Shown here: positions 28,044 through 36,385 of the stretch, one piece after another
How the letters are laid out: each line of letters opens with the position of its first letter
How positions within the stretch are numbered: the stretch's first letter is position 1
Assembly (NCBI GenBank): GCA_036475815.1
Contig: JAZGAL010000021.1
Location: forward strand, 1-49,446
Reading direction: 5' to 3'
Source of the DNA: Gemmatimonadota bacterium
GTDB lineage: Bacteria; Gemmatimonadota; Gemmatimonadetes; Palauibacterales; KS3-K002
Length of the DNA: 49,446 nucleotides
Program-made: the position numbers and the translations under genes
Notes under the pieces: model-generated
Told to the model about the DNA's origin: nothing
What the model saw: only the letters and a program-made list of their open reading frames with translations
Database searches by the model: none

Positions 28044-29780
28044 ATGTACAAAGAGATCTTCGTTCCGTGTGACAACTCACAGGAGTGTAACTACGCTATC
28101 CACCGGGCCATCGAGTTCGCTCGGACATGCGGCTCGGAGATAGTGGGTAATCACGTTTACGCGGCGAAACTCCACGATGTGCGGTTCCGCCAGCTCGAGT
28201 CCGGGCTGCCCGCGCGGTTCCAGTCGAAAGACGAAATTCAGCACCAGCGAAAGATTCACGACAAACTGATCGAGAAGGGTCTGCAGCTGATCAGCGATTC
28301 CTTTCTAGACGAAATGGAGAAGCAGTGCCGGGCCGCGAGTCTGGAAATGAAGCGGCAGCTGCTGGAGGGCATCCATTTCGAGGAGGTCGCCAACGAGGTC
28401 AACTCAAACGGCTACGACCTCTGTGCCATGGGCGCTCACGGTTTGGGTCGCCAGCCACACTCGCAACTGGGCGGCGTAGTGTCGCGAGTGATGCGAAGAA
28501 TCGAGAAGGACCTTCTGATCGCTCGGGCGGACGCCCCGCTCGAGGGCGGGCTGTACTTGGTGTGTGTGGACGGTAGCTCGTACAGCTACCGGTCCGCGAA
28601 GATAGCGCTGGCGCTTGCGCGCACGTTCAATGCAGAGGTTCAGTTGTGCAGCGCGTTCGACCTCGATTTCCACCACATAGCGTTCAACAACATCAAGGAC
28701 GTCCTCAGCTATCAGGCGAGCCGTGTCTTCAAGTTCGAGGAGCAGGAAGAGCTCCACAACAACATCATAGACAAGGGGCTGCTCAAGCTCTGCCAGGCGA
28801 ATCTCATGAGGGCGGAAAAGATGGCCGAGGAGTACCCGGACGTGTCGGTCGGCAGTCAGGTGCTCATCGGCAAGCCGTTCGAGTGCATCCTGAAATACAT
28901 CGAGGAACTAGAGCCTGCCCTTCTGGTTCTGGCTCGCCACGGCGCGCACCGCATCGAGGGCACCGACATGGGCTCGCAGGTCGAGAACCTGGTCCGCATG
29001 GCACCCTGCAACATCCTGCTCACCGGCACCGTAGGCGTGAGTCCCGAGGATGTGCCGTGGATCGAAGAGGATGGCGTGCCCGGGCTCGAGTGGGACCCGC
29101 TGGCAGCGGTGCGCATCCAGCGGGTGCCTCCGTTCGCGCAAGGGATCGCACGCAACGCCGTCGAGGAGTGGGTCGAGGAGCAGGGTGGCGAGGTGGTCAC
29201 CAACGATCTGCTGGACAGAGCTATCCAGTCGCTGCTCCCCACCCATATGCAGCTGGTTATGGGCATCGGCCGGGCGGAGGAGATCGCCCGCGCCGAGCTC
29301 ACGGCCGAGGAGGCGCTGGCCGATCGTCCAGTTCCCATGTGTCCAATGGGCAGCGATCGGGAGGCAGCCAGGCGGCGCGCGCGCAATGGGATCACCTGGG
29401 CCTTGGATGCCTGGAATCGCCTGGAGCTCGTTCCGCTCATCGCCAGACCGTTGGCTCGATCGACCGTCGAGCGCTTCGCCAGGGATGGCGATATCGAGCA
29501 TGTGACCGTGCAGGTGATGGACGGGAACAAGCAGGCCATGATCGAGGCGGACACATTTGACATCGACACGATGATGGTGATGTTCAGCGAGCTCCGCGCC
29601 CGGGAGATCCGCGCAGGTGCGGAAGGCGATTCCGCCGAGTTCACAGAATCGGCCGACGTCGGCAAATGCCCTATCCGGGAGGTCCAGGAGATGCTCGACA
29701 GGCGCGCGAGCCAGACCGGGCCAGGGAACGGAGACGGCGGCAGCGCTCAGGGCGCTGACGCGCCCCGCTCGAACGCCTGA
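28044..29780 (+). CDS. Tandem universal stress protein (2x USP) fused to two PCP_red-like domains, with Cys-Pro motifs
   Basis: IFVPCDNS...MGAHGLG..LGGVVSRV; LVCVDGSSYS...ARHG..MGSQVENLVRMAPCNILL; WDPLAAVRIQRVPPFAQGIARNAVE; WALDAWNRLELVPLIARPLARSTVE; MCPM and KCPI. Confidence 0.8.
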   Translation: MYKEIFVPCDNSQECNYAIHRAIEFARTCGSEIVGNHVYAAKLHDVRFRQLESGLPARFQSKDEIQHQRKIHDKLIEKGLQLISDSFLDEMEKQCRAASLEMKRQLLEGIHFEEVANEVNSNGYDLCAMGAHGLGRQPHSQLGGVVSRVMRRIEKDLLIARADAPLEGGLYLVCVDGSSYSYRSAKIALALARTFNAEVQLCSAFDLDFHHIAFNNIKDVLSYQASRVFKFEEQEELHNNIIDKGLLKLCQANLMRAEKMAEEYPDVSVGSQVLIGKPFECILKYIEELEPALLVLARHGAHRIEGTDMGSQVENLVRMAPCNILLTGTVGVSPEDVPWIEEDGVPGLEWDPLAAVRIQRVPPFAQGIARNAVEEWVEEQGGEVVTNDLLDRAIQSLLPTHMQLVMGIGRAEEIARAELTAEEALADRPVPMCPMGSDREAARRRARNGITWALDAWNRLELVPLIARPLARSTVERFARDGDIEHVTVQVMDGNKQAMIEADTFDIDTMMVMFSELRAREIRAGAEGDSAEFTESADVGKCPIREVQEMLDRRASQTGPGNGDGGSAQGADAPRSNA

Positions 29781-29844
29781 CGGTGGCGCGGGTGGACCTT
29801 CCGGGAGAGATGGCGGGGTTCGCATTGGGCGGGAGCGTGCGGCT

Positions 29845-31638
29845 GTGAACGCGCGCGGCCTGATCCGGACTGCGTGCCTGGCGCTGGTGGTGGCCCTGCT
29901 GCTGACGGCGGGCGCCGACCCGGCCTGGGCTCAAGCGGGGGCGGACGGCATCCGCGAGTACGGCAACTTCCCGGTTGTGGGCAGCAGGGTCGCCGTCTGG
30001 GTCGCCGCTCAGGTGCACCTGATGTTCGCCGCCTTCGTACTCGGGGTGCCGATGTTCGCGGTCGTGACCGAGGCGATCGGCATCTTCGGTAAGGACGAGC
30101 GCTACGATCGGCTCTCGAAGGAGTTCACGCGCCTCTTGCTTGTCGCGTATAGCGCGACGGCGCTCTGGGGCGCGACGCTGACCTTCCTGCTCATCACACT
30201 GTACCCTCGATTCACGATTTACCTGACTGCGATCTTCGACGTCTCGATCTGGTTCTACGTGGCGCTCTTCTTCTTCGAGTCGGCGACGCTGTACATCTAC
30301 TATTATGGTTGGGAGCGATGGAAGAAGGGTGGCGCCAAGCTCTTCCACTGGTCTCTGGGCATCCTGCTGAACGTCTGGGGCACCGCGGTACTGTTCATCG
30401 CCAACAGCTGGCTCAGCTACATGATGAGCCCGCCGGCGGAAGTGACGCCCGATACCGCTCCGGCGCAGGTGCAGTTCTGGAGCGCCTTCGCCAACGCTAC
30501 TTGGATGCCCATCAACATCCATCGATTGATCGCGAACGTGGTCTTCGGTGGCGCGATCGTCTCCGCGTACGCCGCCTTCCGTTTCCTCTCTGCCCGCGAC
30601 CAGGAGGAACGGGCCCACTACGACTGGATGGGTTACGTCGGCAACTTCATCGCCATCGGCGCGCTGATCGTGCTGCCTTTCGCCGGCTACTGGCTGGGCC
30701 GGGAGATCTACGAGTACAACCAGGCCATGGGCATCACCATGATGGGCGGGTTCATGAGCTGGCTGTGGATCATCCAGGCGTTTTTGATCGGCGTGCTTTT
30801 CCTGGCCGGCAACTACTACCTGTGGGTGGGGATGGGCCGCATCCCGGGCGCTGAGCGCTTCACACCCTACACCAAGTGGATGCTGCTGGTCTTGATCGCT
30901 GGGGTCATCGTCTGGGCGACGCCTCACACGATGATAGCCAGCCGGGAAGAACTGGCGGCCATGGGCGGGACGCACCACCCCTTCCTGGGGGTCCTCGGCG
31001 TTATGAGCGCCAAGAACACGGCTGTGAACCTGATGATCCTGACGACGTTCCTGTCGTTCATGCTGTACCGCCGGGCCAACAAGCGGCCCGTCGTGAGCTG
31101 GGTGAAGCAGGGCACGATCGTTCAGGGCATGGCGCTGGGGCTGGCGGCGGCCGTCGTGGTCTTCTACGGAATCTATGGGTACTTCGTCACCGCCATCGTT
31201 CGGATCGGCTTCAGCGTCTATCAGGTTCTGACCGTATTGGCCGCCATGATCCTGGTGGTGGTCCTGGACATCCTCATGCTGCGAGGCGCGAAAGCGCGCG
31301 GGGCGATTCGCTGGGGTGAGATGCCCGCGCGCTCGCAATACGTGCTGATCGTGCTGGCCGTCACCTTCACCTGGCTCATGGGTCTGATGGGCTTCGCTCG
31401 TAGCGGCATCCGCCAGCACTGGCACGTCTGGGAGGTGATGCGGGATACGAGCCAGTGGGCTGCGACGCCGGCGCTCGGTTACGCGGGGATCATCATCAGT
31501 GCCTGCGTGCTGATCTTCCTCGCCATCGTTTCCTTCGTCTTCTGGATCGGCGGACTGGTGGAGAAGCCTGTCTTCGCCACGGCGAGGAGCAGCGGCGAGT
31601 CGGACTCGGGGCTGCTTCCACAGGTAGGAGGGGACTGA
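29845..31638 (+). CDS. Cytochrome bd-like oxidase subunit I homolog (CydA superfamily, Nitrospira bd-like type; no Q-loop)
   Basis: By-eye alignment to E. coli CydA: QVHLMF (His19), FFFES (Glu107), LFHW, ANSWLSYMMSP, NIHR (His186), IRQHW (GRQPW). Many TM helices and an apparent cleavable signal (AWA|Q). Start GTG 29845 follows GGGAG. Confidence 0.8.
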   Translation: MNARGLIRTACLALVVALLLTAGADPAWAQAGADGIREYGNFPVVGSRVAVWVAAQVHLMFAAFVLGVPMFAVVTEAIGIFGKDERYDRLSKEFTRLLLVAYSATALWGATLTFLLITLYPRFTIYLTAIFDVSIWFYVALFFFESATLYIYYYGWERWKKGGAKLFHWSLGILLNVWGTAVLFIANSWLSYMMSPPAEVTPDTAPAQVQFWSAFANATWMPINIHRLIANVVFGGAIVSAYAAFRFLSARDQEERAHYDWMGYVGNFIAIGALIVLPFAGYWLGREIYEYNQAMGITMMGGFMSWLWIIQAFLIGVLFLAGNYYLWVGMGRIPGAERFTPYTKWMLLVLIAGVIVWATPHTMIASREELAAMGGTHHPFLGVLGVMSAKNTAVNLMILTTFLSFMLYRRANKRPVVSWVKQGTIVQGMALGLAAAVVVFYGIYGYFVTAIVRIGFSVYQVLTVLAAMILVVVLDILMLRGAKARGAIRWGEMPARSQYVLIVLAVTFTWLMGLMGFARSGIRQHWHVWEVMRDTSQWAATPALGYAGIIISACVLIFLAIVSFVFWIGGLVEKPVFATARSSGESDSGLLPQVGGD

Positions 31639-31662
31639 TGAGAGCGGGTGGGCGGCGCTGAC

Positions 31663-32457
31663 ATGTTCGCGACCAACCTGAAGATCGCCATCGTCGTCGT
31701 CTTGACGCTCGCGGCGTACACGCTGTTAGCCAACATGATCCCCCAGATCGAGTCGGAGGTACCGGAGGAGTTCAATCTCTCGGGAGAGATTACGGCGGAG
31801 CGGCTGGTGGCTGCGGGTGAGCGTATCTACAACGGCGCGGGCGGTTGTACGGTGTGTCACGGACTGGGTACGCGCGCGCCCAACCTCTTGAGGTCGGAGG
31901 GGAATCTGGGCCGGATCGGAGCGCGCTGCGACCGCCGTGAGAGCGGGTTGGATTGTAAGGAGTACCTTTTCAGGTCCTTGACCGAGCCCGCAGGCTACGT
32001 GGTCGAAGGCTACAACCCGATCATGCCGGACGTGCGGCGCATCCTTTCCGAAGATCAGGTCTGGACGCTGGTGGCCTTCCTGGAGAGTCTGGGAGGGGAA
32101 GTGACGGTGACGGCCGACGATCTGACGCGGTGGGATGCCGGCGAGCAGGAAGAGGCGGCGACCGGCACATCCGGCGTCTCGTTGTCGTCTACGAGTGATC
32201 CGTTGGAGCTGATGACCGAGCTCGGGTGCTTCGCTTGTCATCAGCTGGGTGACTTGGGGAACGCCATTGGACCGCCGCTCACGGATGTGGGAGCGCGGCG
32301 CGAAGCGGAGTACATCCGCGAGTCGATCCTGCGGCCTCGTGCGGACATCAGCTCCGGTTACGAGACGTTTGCCGGTATGATGCCCGCGGATTTCGGCGAC
32401 CGCGTGACCGCCGCCCAGCTGGAGGCGCTGGTCGAATTCCTCGCCGCGCAACGGTGA
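31663..32457 (+). CDS. Membrane-anchored dihaem c-type cytochrome
   Basis: N-terminal TM segment, CTVCH...IMP and CFACH...MMP. Confidence 0.88.
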   Translation: MFATNLKIAIVVVLTLAAYTLLANMIPQIESEVPEEFNLSGEITAERLVAAGERIYNGAGGCTVCHGLGTRAPNLLRSEGNLGRIGARCDRRESGLDCKEYLFRSLTEPAGYVVEGYNPIMPDVRRILSEDQVWTLVAFLESLGGEVTVTADDLTRWDAGEQEEAATGTSGVSLSSTSDPLELMTELGCFACHQLGDLGNAIGPPLTDVGARREAEYIRESILRPRADISSGYETFAGMMPADFGDRVTAAQLEALVEFLAAQR

Positions 32458-32464
32458 CGTGCCG

Positions 32465-33277
32465 ATGTCGATGAATCGGATCAGAGAATATCTGCGCCAT
32501 CCTTTCTGGCAGGCTCTCCTGCTGATGTTCCTGGCCTACCTGATATTCGAGTTCGGGATCGAATACGTGCCCCCGCTGCTCGGCATCCGCAGCGCCCCGG
32601 TCCCCGACAGTGTGTTGATCCAGTATCTGCTGACCGCGCTGGTCGGCATTCTCATCTACGTAAGCGACAACGAGGCGCGTTGGGACAGGTTCAAGGAGCC
32701 GATCAAGACCTTGCTCGTCGATCCGGGCGCGCGTTGGCTTCGGGTCACGCTGATGGTGGCTTTACCGCTCTTCGTGGGCTGGTTGACCTATAGCCAGGTG
32801 AGGCCTGGCGTCGCCGCGCCCCTCCAGCTGCGCTCGATTCACCCGGCCCCCCCGACCTCCATTAGCTTCCGCGGCCGCAGGATCGAGCTGGCGGGGCTCG
32901 AGAACCCGCTGCGCGCCGATGGCTCGATCAGCGAGGACTACGAGGACGGTAAGCGGGTCTACTATCAGAATTGCCTGCCCTGTCATGGCGACTTGCTCGA
33001 CGGCAGCGGCCACTACGCCCACGGGTTCAATCCCAGACCTCTGGCGTTCACGGACAACGGCACCATCCCGCAGCTCACGGAGAGCTTCGTCTTCTGGCGG
33101 ATAGCCAGGGGCGGACCCGGTCTGCCGACGGAAGGGGCGCCGTGGAACTCGGCGATGCCGGCTTGGGAGACCATCCTCACGGAAAACGAGATCTGGGCGG
33201 TCACGATCTTCTTGTACGAGCAGACGGGCTGGACCCCACGAACGTGGGAAGACGCCGAGGGGGGTGGCCATGAGTAG
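32465..33277 (+). CDS. Membrane-bound monohaem cytochrome c (3 N-terminal TM helices)
   Basis: Three hydrophobic segments, CLPCHG, distal SAMPAW. Confidence 0.85.
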   Translation: MSMNRIREYLRHPFWQALLLMFLAYLIFEFGIEYVPPLLGIRSAPVPDSVLIQYLLTALVGILIYVSDNEARWDRFKEPIKTLLVDPGARWLRVTLMVALPLFVGWLTYSQVRPGVAAPLQLRSIHPAPPTSISFRGRRIELAGLENPLRADGSISEDYEDGKRVYYQNCLPCHGDLLDGSGHYAHGFNPRPLAFTDNGTIPQLTESFVFWRIARGGPGLPTEGAPWNSAMPAWETILTENEIWAVTIFLYEQTGWTPRTWEDAEGGGHE

Positions 33278-34832
33278 CATCGCGGCCGCTCGCGTGATGG
33301 CGATCGGATTGACCGTCCTGGTCCTGGCGTCTGAAGCGGCGACGCAGGATCTGGAGCGTGGCCAGCGGCTGTACGATCGCTGGTGCGCCGAGTGTCACGG
33401 CGTGGACGGAAAGGGCGACGGCTCGGCAGCGGCGTACATGCTGCCTCGACCGCGAGACTTCACTATGGGTATCTACCAGATCCGGACGACGCCCAACGGT
33501 GAGCTGCCCACGGACGAGGATGTGGAAAGGATCATCAGGGTCGGCATGCCGGGCACGGCGATGCCGGGCTGGGAGTCGAAGTTCAACCAGGGGGAGATCC
33601 GCGACGTGGTGGCTTACATCAAGACCTTCTCGCGGTTCTTCGAGCAACTCGGCGAGCCGAACCCGCTCGCTTTCGGGAAACCGCCGCGTCTCACTGAAGA
33701 GGGACTGGCGGAAGGGCGCCGGTTCTACAGGGAGATCGAGTGCTTCAAGTGCCACGGCGATGCGGGCCGGGGTGACGGGCCTTCGGCGCCGACGCTCCAG
33801 GATGACCTCGACTTCCCGGCACGGCCGGCCGATCTCACCAAGAACTGGACCTTCAACGGCGGGGGCACCGTCGACGAGATCTACCGGCGGTTGCGCACAG
33901 GGCTCGACGGCTCGCCGATGCCGTCGTTCTCCGACTTGATCGACTCCGGATTCATGACGGACGAGCAGCTGTGGCACGTAGCACAATACGTTCGCAGTCT
34001 GGCACCGGATGACCCTCCGAGAGTGCGCGAGGTCATCACTGCCACGCTGGTTGAGGCTGAACTGCCTGCGTCTCCTGACGACCTGTTGTGGGATGAGATC
34101 GAGCCGCTCTACATCCCGATGGTCGGTCAGGTGATCCGGCAGACTCGCTGGTTCGCGCCCACCGTGGACGGACTGTGGGTGAGAGCGGCGCACAACGGCG
34201 AGGAACTGGCGTTGATGATCACCTGGCACGATCCGTCCCGGAGCCCCGATCCCGCCTGGCTCGAATGGCAGCAGTGGATCGCGCAGTCGGTTTATCCCTT
34301 CCGGGAGACCGGCGGAGCTGAACGATTGCCCGACCGCTTGACCGTCCAGTTTCCAATGTCGATCCCTACCGGCCGCGAGCGCCCGTATTTCCTGATGGGC
34401 GATTCCCGCCGGCCGGTTTACCTGTGGCAGTGGATCAGTGATCCCGAGGAGGCTCTAGAAGCGCGCGCCACCGGGCTTGGCAGTGCGCAGGCCTTGGCCG
34501 CGGGGAGCCGGACACTCACCTGGTCCAGCTCCTGGGACCAGGGAGAGTGGCGGGTGCAGTTCCGGCGCCGACTGGCTACGGCGGATTCCGTCAATGCACT
34601 TCAATTCCTCTTGGGAGAGGCGATTCCAATAGCCTTTTTCGCCTGGGACGGCTCCAACGGCGAGAGCGGAACGCAGATGGCTATCAGTTCGTGGTACGCA
34701 ATTCATCTCCAGCAACCGGCATCGTCGACCGTCTACTTATCGCCGGTTGCGGCAATGCTGGCTACGGCCGCCCTGGGCTTCCTGGTCATCTGGCGGGCTC
34801 AGCGGCGCGAAGAAGAGGAACGGTCCTCGTAA
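33270..34832 (+). CDS. Dihaem cytochrome c fused to an ethylbenzene-dehydrogenase gamma-like (EB_dh/DOMON) haem-b domain, with C-terminal TM anchor
   Basis: Signal peptide; CAECH..TAMP and CFKCH..SPMP; PYFLMGD..PVYLWQW and IAFFAWDGSNGE..ISSW; hydrophobic C-terminal helix. Confidence 0.82.
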   Translation: MSSIAAARVMAIGLTVLVLASEAATQDLERGQRLYDRWCAECHGVDGKGDGSAAAYMLPRPRDFTMGIYQIRTTPNGELPTDEDVERIIRVGMPGTAMPGWESKFNQGEIRDVVAYIKTFSRFFEQLGEPNPLAFGKPPRLTEEGLAEGRRFYREIECFKCHGDAGRGDGPSAPTLQDDLDFPARPADLTKNWTFNGGGTVDEIYRRLRTGLDGSPMPSFSDLIDSGFMTDEQLWHVAQYVRSLAPDDPPRVREVITATLVEAELPASPDDLLWDEIEPLYIPMVGQVIRQTRWFAPTVDGLWVRAAHNGEELALMITWHDPSRSPDPAWLEWQQWIAQSVYPFRETGGAERLPDRLTVQFPMSIPTGRERPYFLMGDSRRPVYLWQWISDPEEALEARATGLGSAQALAAGSRTLTWSSSWDQGEWRVQFRRRLATADSVNALQFLLGEAIPIAFFAWDGSNGESGTQMAISSWYAIHLQQPASSTVYLSPVAAMLATAALGFLVIWRAQRREEEERSS

Positions 34833-34857
34833 CAATCATGGATGGAGGGGCAAGATC

Positions 34858-35655
34858 ATGCGTTACACAAAGCGCTCTGACACCTTGGGGCTTCTGCTCG
34901 CCCTGCTGGTCGCTGCGGGTTGCGGAGGCGGAGAGCAACGCGCCGCAGAAGAAGGGGCCGTCGGCGGAGAGACCGGCGCGGAAACCATGGCCTCCGTCGT
35001 GGACGAGGCCACGGCCGCCACGGTTGCGGGCAGCGTGATGTTCGTGGGAACCGCGCCCGAAGCGACGATGATCGACATGTCCGAGGAATCGGTGTGCGCG
35101 GACAAGTACGACGCACCGAAGTACAGTGAGGAAGTGGTCGTCAGCGAGAACGGCACCTTGGCCAGTGTCTTCGTCTACGTCAAAGAGGGGCTCGAGGACA
35201 TGACCTTCCCGGTGCCACAGGAGCCGGTCGTCCTCGACCAGGCGGGCTGCTGGTATACCCCGCGCGTCTTCGGGCTCCAAGTCGGCCAGGAGATGGTGAT
35301 CAAGAACAGCGATGGTATTCTGCACAACATCAACGCGAAGCCCTCGATCAATCGCGGCTTCAACATCAGCCAGCCGGTGGTGATGGAGACGAAGAGGACT
35401 TTCCGCTCGCCCGAAGTGATGATTCCTCTCGAGTGCGACGTGCACGGATGGATGCAGGCCTACGTCGGTGTGCTGGACCATCCGTATTACTCGGTCACCG
35501 GCGCCCATGGCAGCTTCTCGCTGGCGCCGCTGCCTCCCGGCACCTACGTGATAGAGGCGTGGCATGAGGTGTACGGCACGCAGACACAGGAAGTGACGGT
35601 GGGTGAGGGCGAAGAGCTCGAGATCGCCTTCAGCTTCGGAGAGCCCTCGGCGTAG
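34858..35655 (+). CDS. Cupredoxin-like lipoprotein with carboxypeptidase-regulatory-like beta domain
   Basis: Lipobox AAGC; LDQAGCWYTP, NSDGILHNIN and ECDVHGWM (His...Cys-x2-His-x2-Met); LPPGTYVIEAWHE. Confidence 0.7.
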   Translation: MRYTKRSDTLGLLLALLVAAGCGGGEQRAAEEGAVGGETGAETMASVVDEATAATVAGSVMFVGTAPEATMIDMSEESVCADKYDAPKYSEEVVVSENGTLASVFVYVKEGLEDMTFPVPQEPVVLDQAGCWYTPRVFGLQVGQEMVIKNSDGILHNINAKPSINRGFNISQPVVMETKRTFRSPEVMIPLECDVHGWMQAYVGVLDHPYYSVTGAHGSFSLAPLPPGTYVIEAWHEVYGTQTQEVTVGEGEELEIAFSFGEPSA

Positions 35656-35684
35656 CTCGCGCCGATAGCAAGGAGAACCCAGCG

Positions 35685-36341
35685 ATGGACTGGCTACCCA
35701 CCGCGGCGTCAACGTATGCCGCCGACCTTGACAGGATGTTCTACATCATCCTGGTGATCACAGGGATCATCTTCGTTGGCGTCGAAGGAACGCTGTTGTA
35801 CTTCCTGATCAAGTATCGTGGCCGAAGAGGCCGGAAGGCGGAGTACATCGAAGGAAGTACCAGGGCCGAAGTCATATGGACCGTGACTCCAGCGGTCATC
35901 GTCCTGGGGTTGGCCATAGCCAGCCAGGGCGTTTGGCGCGACATAAAGGACCCTGACCGCTTCCCTGCCGACGCGATAGAGGTCAGCGTTCAGGCCAGCC
36001 AGTTCGAGTGGAACGTCACGTACCCGGGCGCTGATGGCGTGTTCGGCACGGATGACGACTTCACTCGTCGAAATCAGCTGCACGTTCCGGTCGGGCAGCC
36101 CGTCGTAGTGCATCTCAGCTCGGAGGACGTGATCCACTCGTTCTTCGTGCCTGCGTTCCGGATCAAACAGGATGTGGTTCCCGGGATGAACGGCCTGAGA
36201 GCCTGGTTCGAGGCGACCGAGGTGGGAGTGTTCGAGCTGGCCTGCGCCGAGCTGTGCGGGTTGGGGCACTATCGCATGCGAGCCCGGGTCTTTGTGCACC
36301 CGCAAGACGAGTACGAGCTCTGGATGGCGGAGCAGAGCTGA
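35685..36341 (+). CDS. coxB: Cytochrome c oxidase subunit II (CuA, no fused cytochrome c)
   Basis: EVIWT, QFEWNVTYP, DVIHSFF, CAELCGLGHYRM. Confidence 0.93.
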   Translation: MDWLPTAASTYAADLDRMFYIILVITGIIFVGVEGTLLYFLIKYRGRRGRKAEYIEGSTRAEVIWTVTPAVIVLGLAIASQGVWRDIKDPDRFPADAIEVSVQASQFEWNVTYPGADGVFGTDDDFTRRNQLHVPVGQPVVVHLSSEDVIHSFFVPAFRIKQDVVPGMNGLRAWFEATEVGVFELACAELCGLGHYRMRARVFVHPQDEYELWMAEQS

Positions 36342-36385
36342 TCGGCATGACTGGTAGAGATCGAGACCGGACTTAGAGAGGTCCT

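Noticed and set aside
22865-29780. PCP_red-like domains as evidence of phototrophy
   Set aside because: Only the small accessory domain is present; there is no bchN/B/L catalytic domain or reaction-centre gene.
29671-31425. Long antisense ORFs (e.g. 584 aa here; also 42055..43536, 43476..45101, 21693..23024, 6996..8165)
   Set aside because: They mirror well-supported genes on the opposite strand and have no motifs; this is expected shadowing in GC-rich DNA.
29845-34832. Nitrospira-like module as evidence of nitrite oxidation
   Set aside because: No nxrA/nxrB-type molybdoenzyme subunits are in the window; the resemblance is limited to the membrane and cytochrome part.
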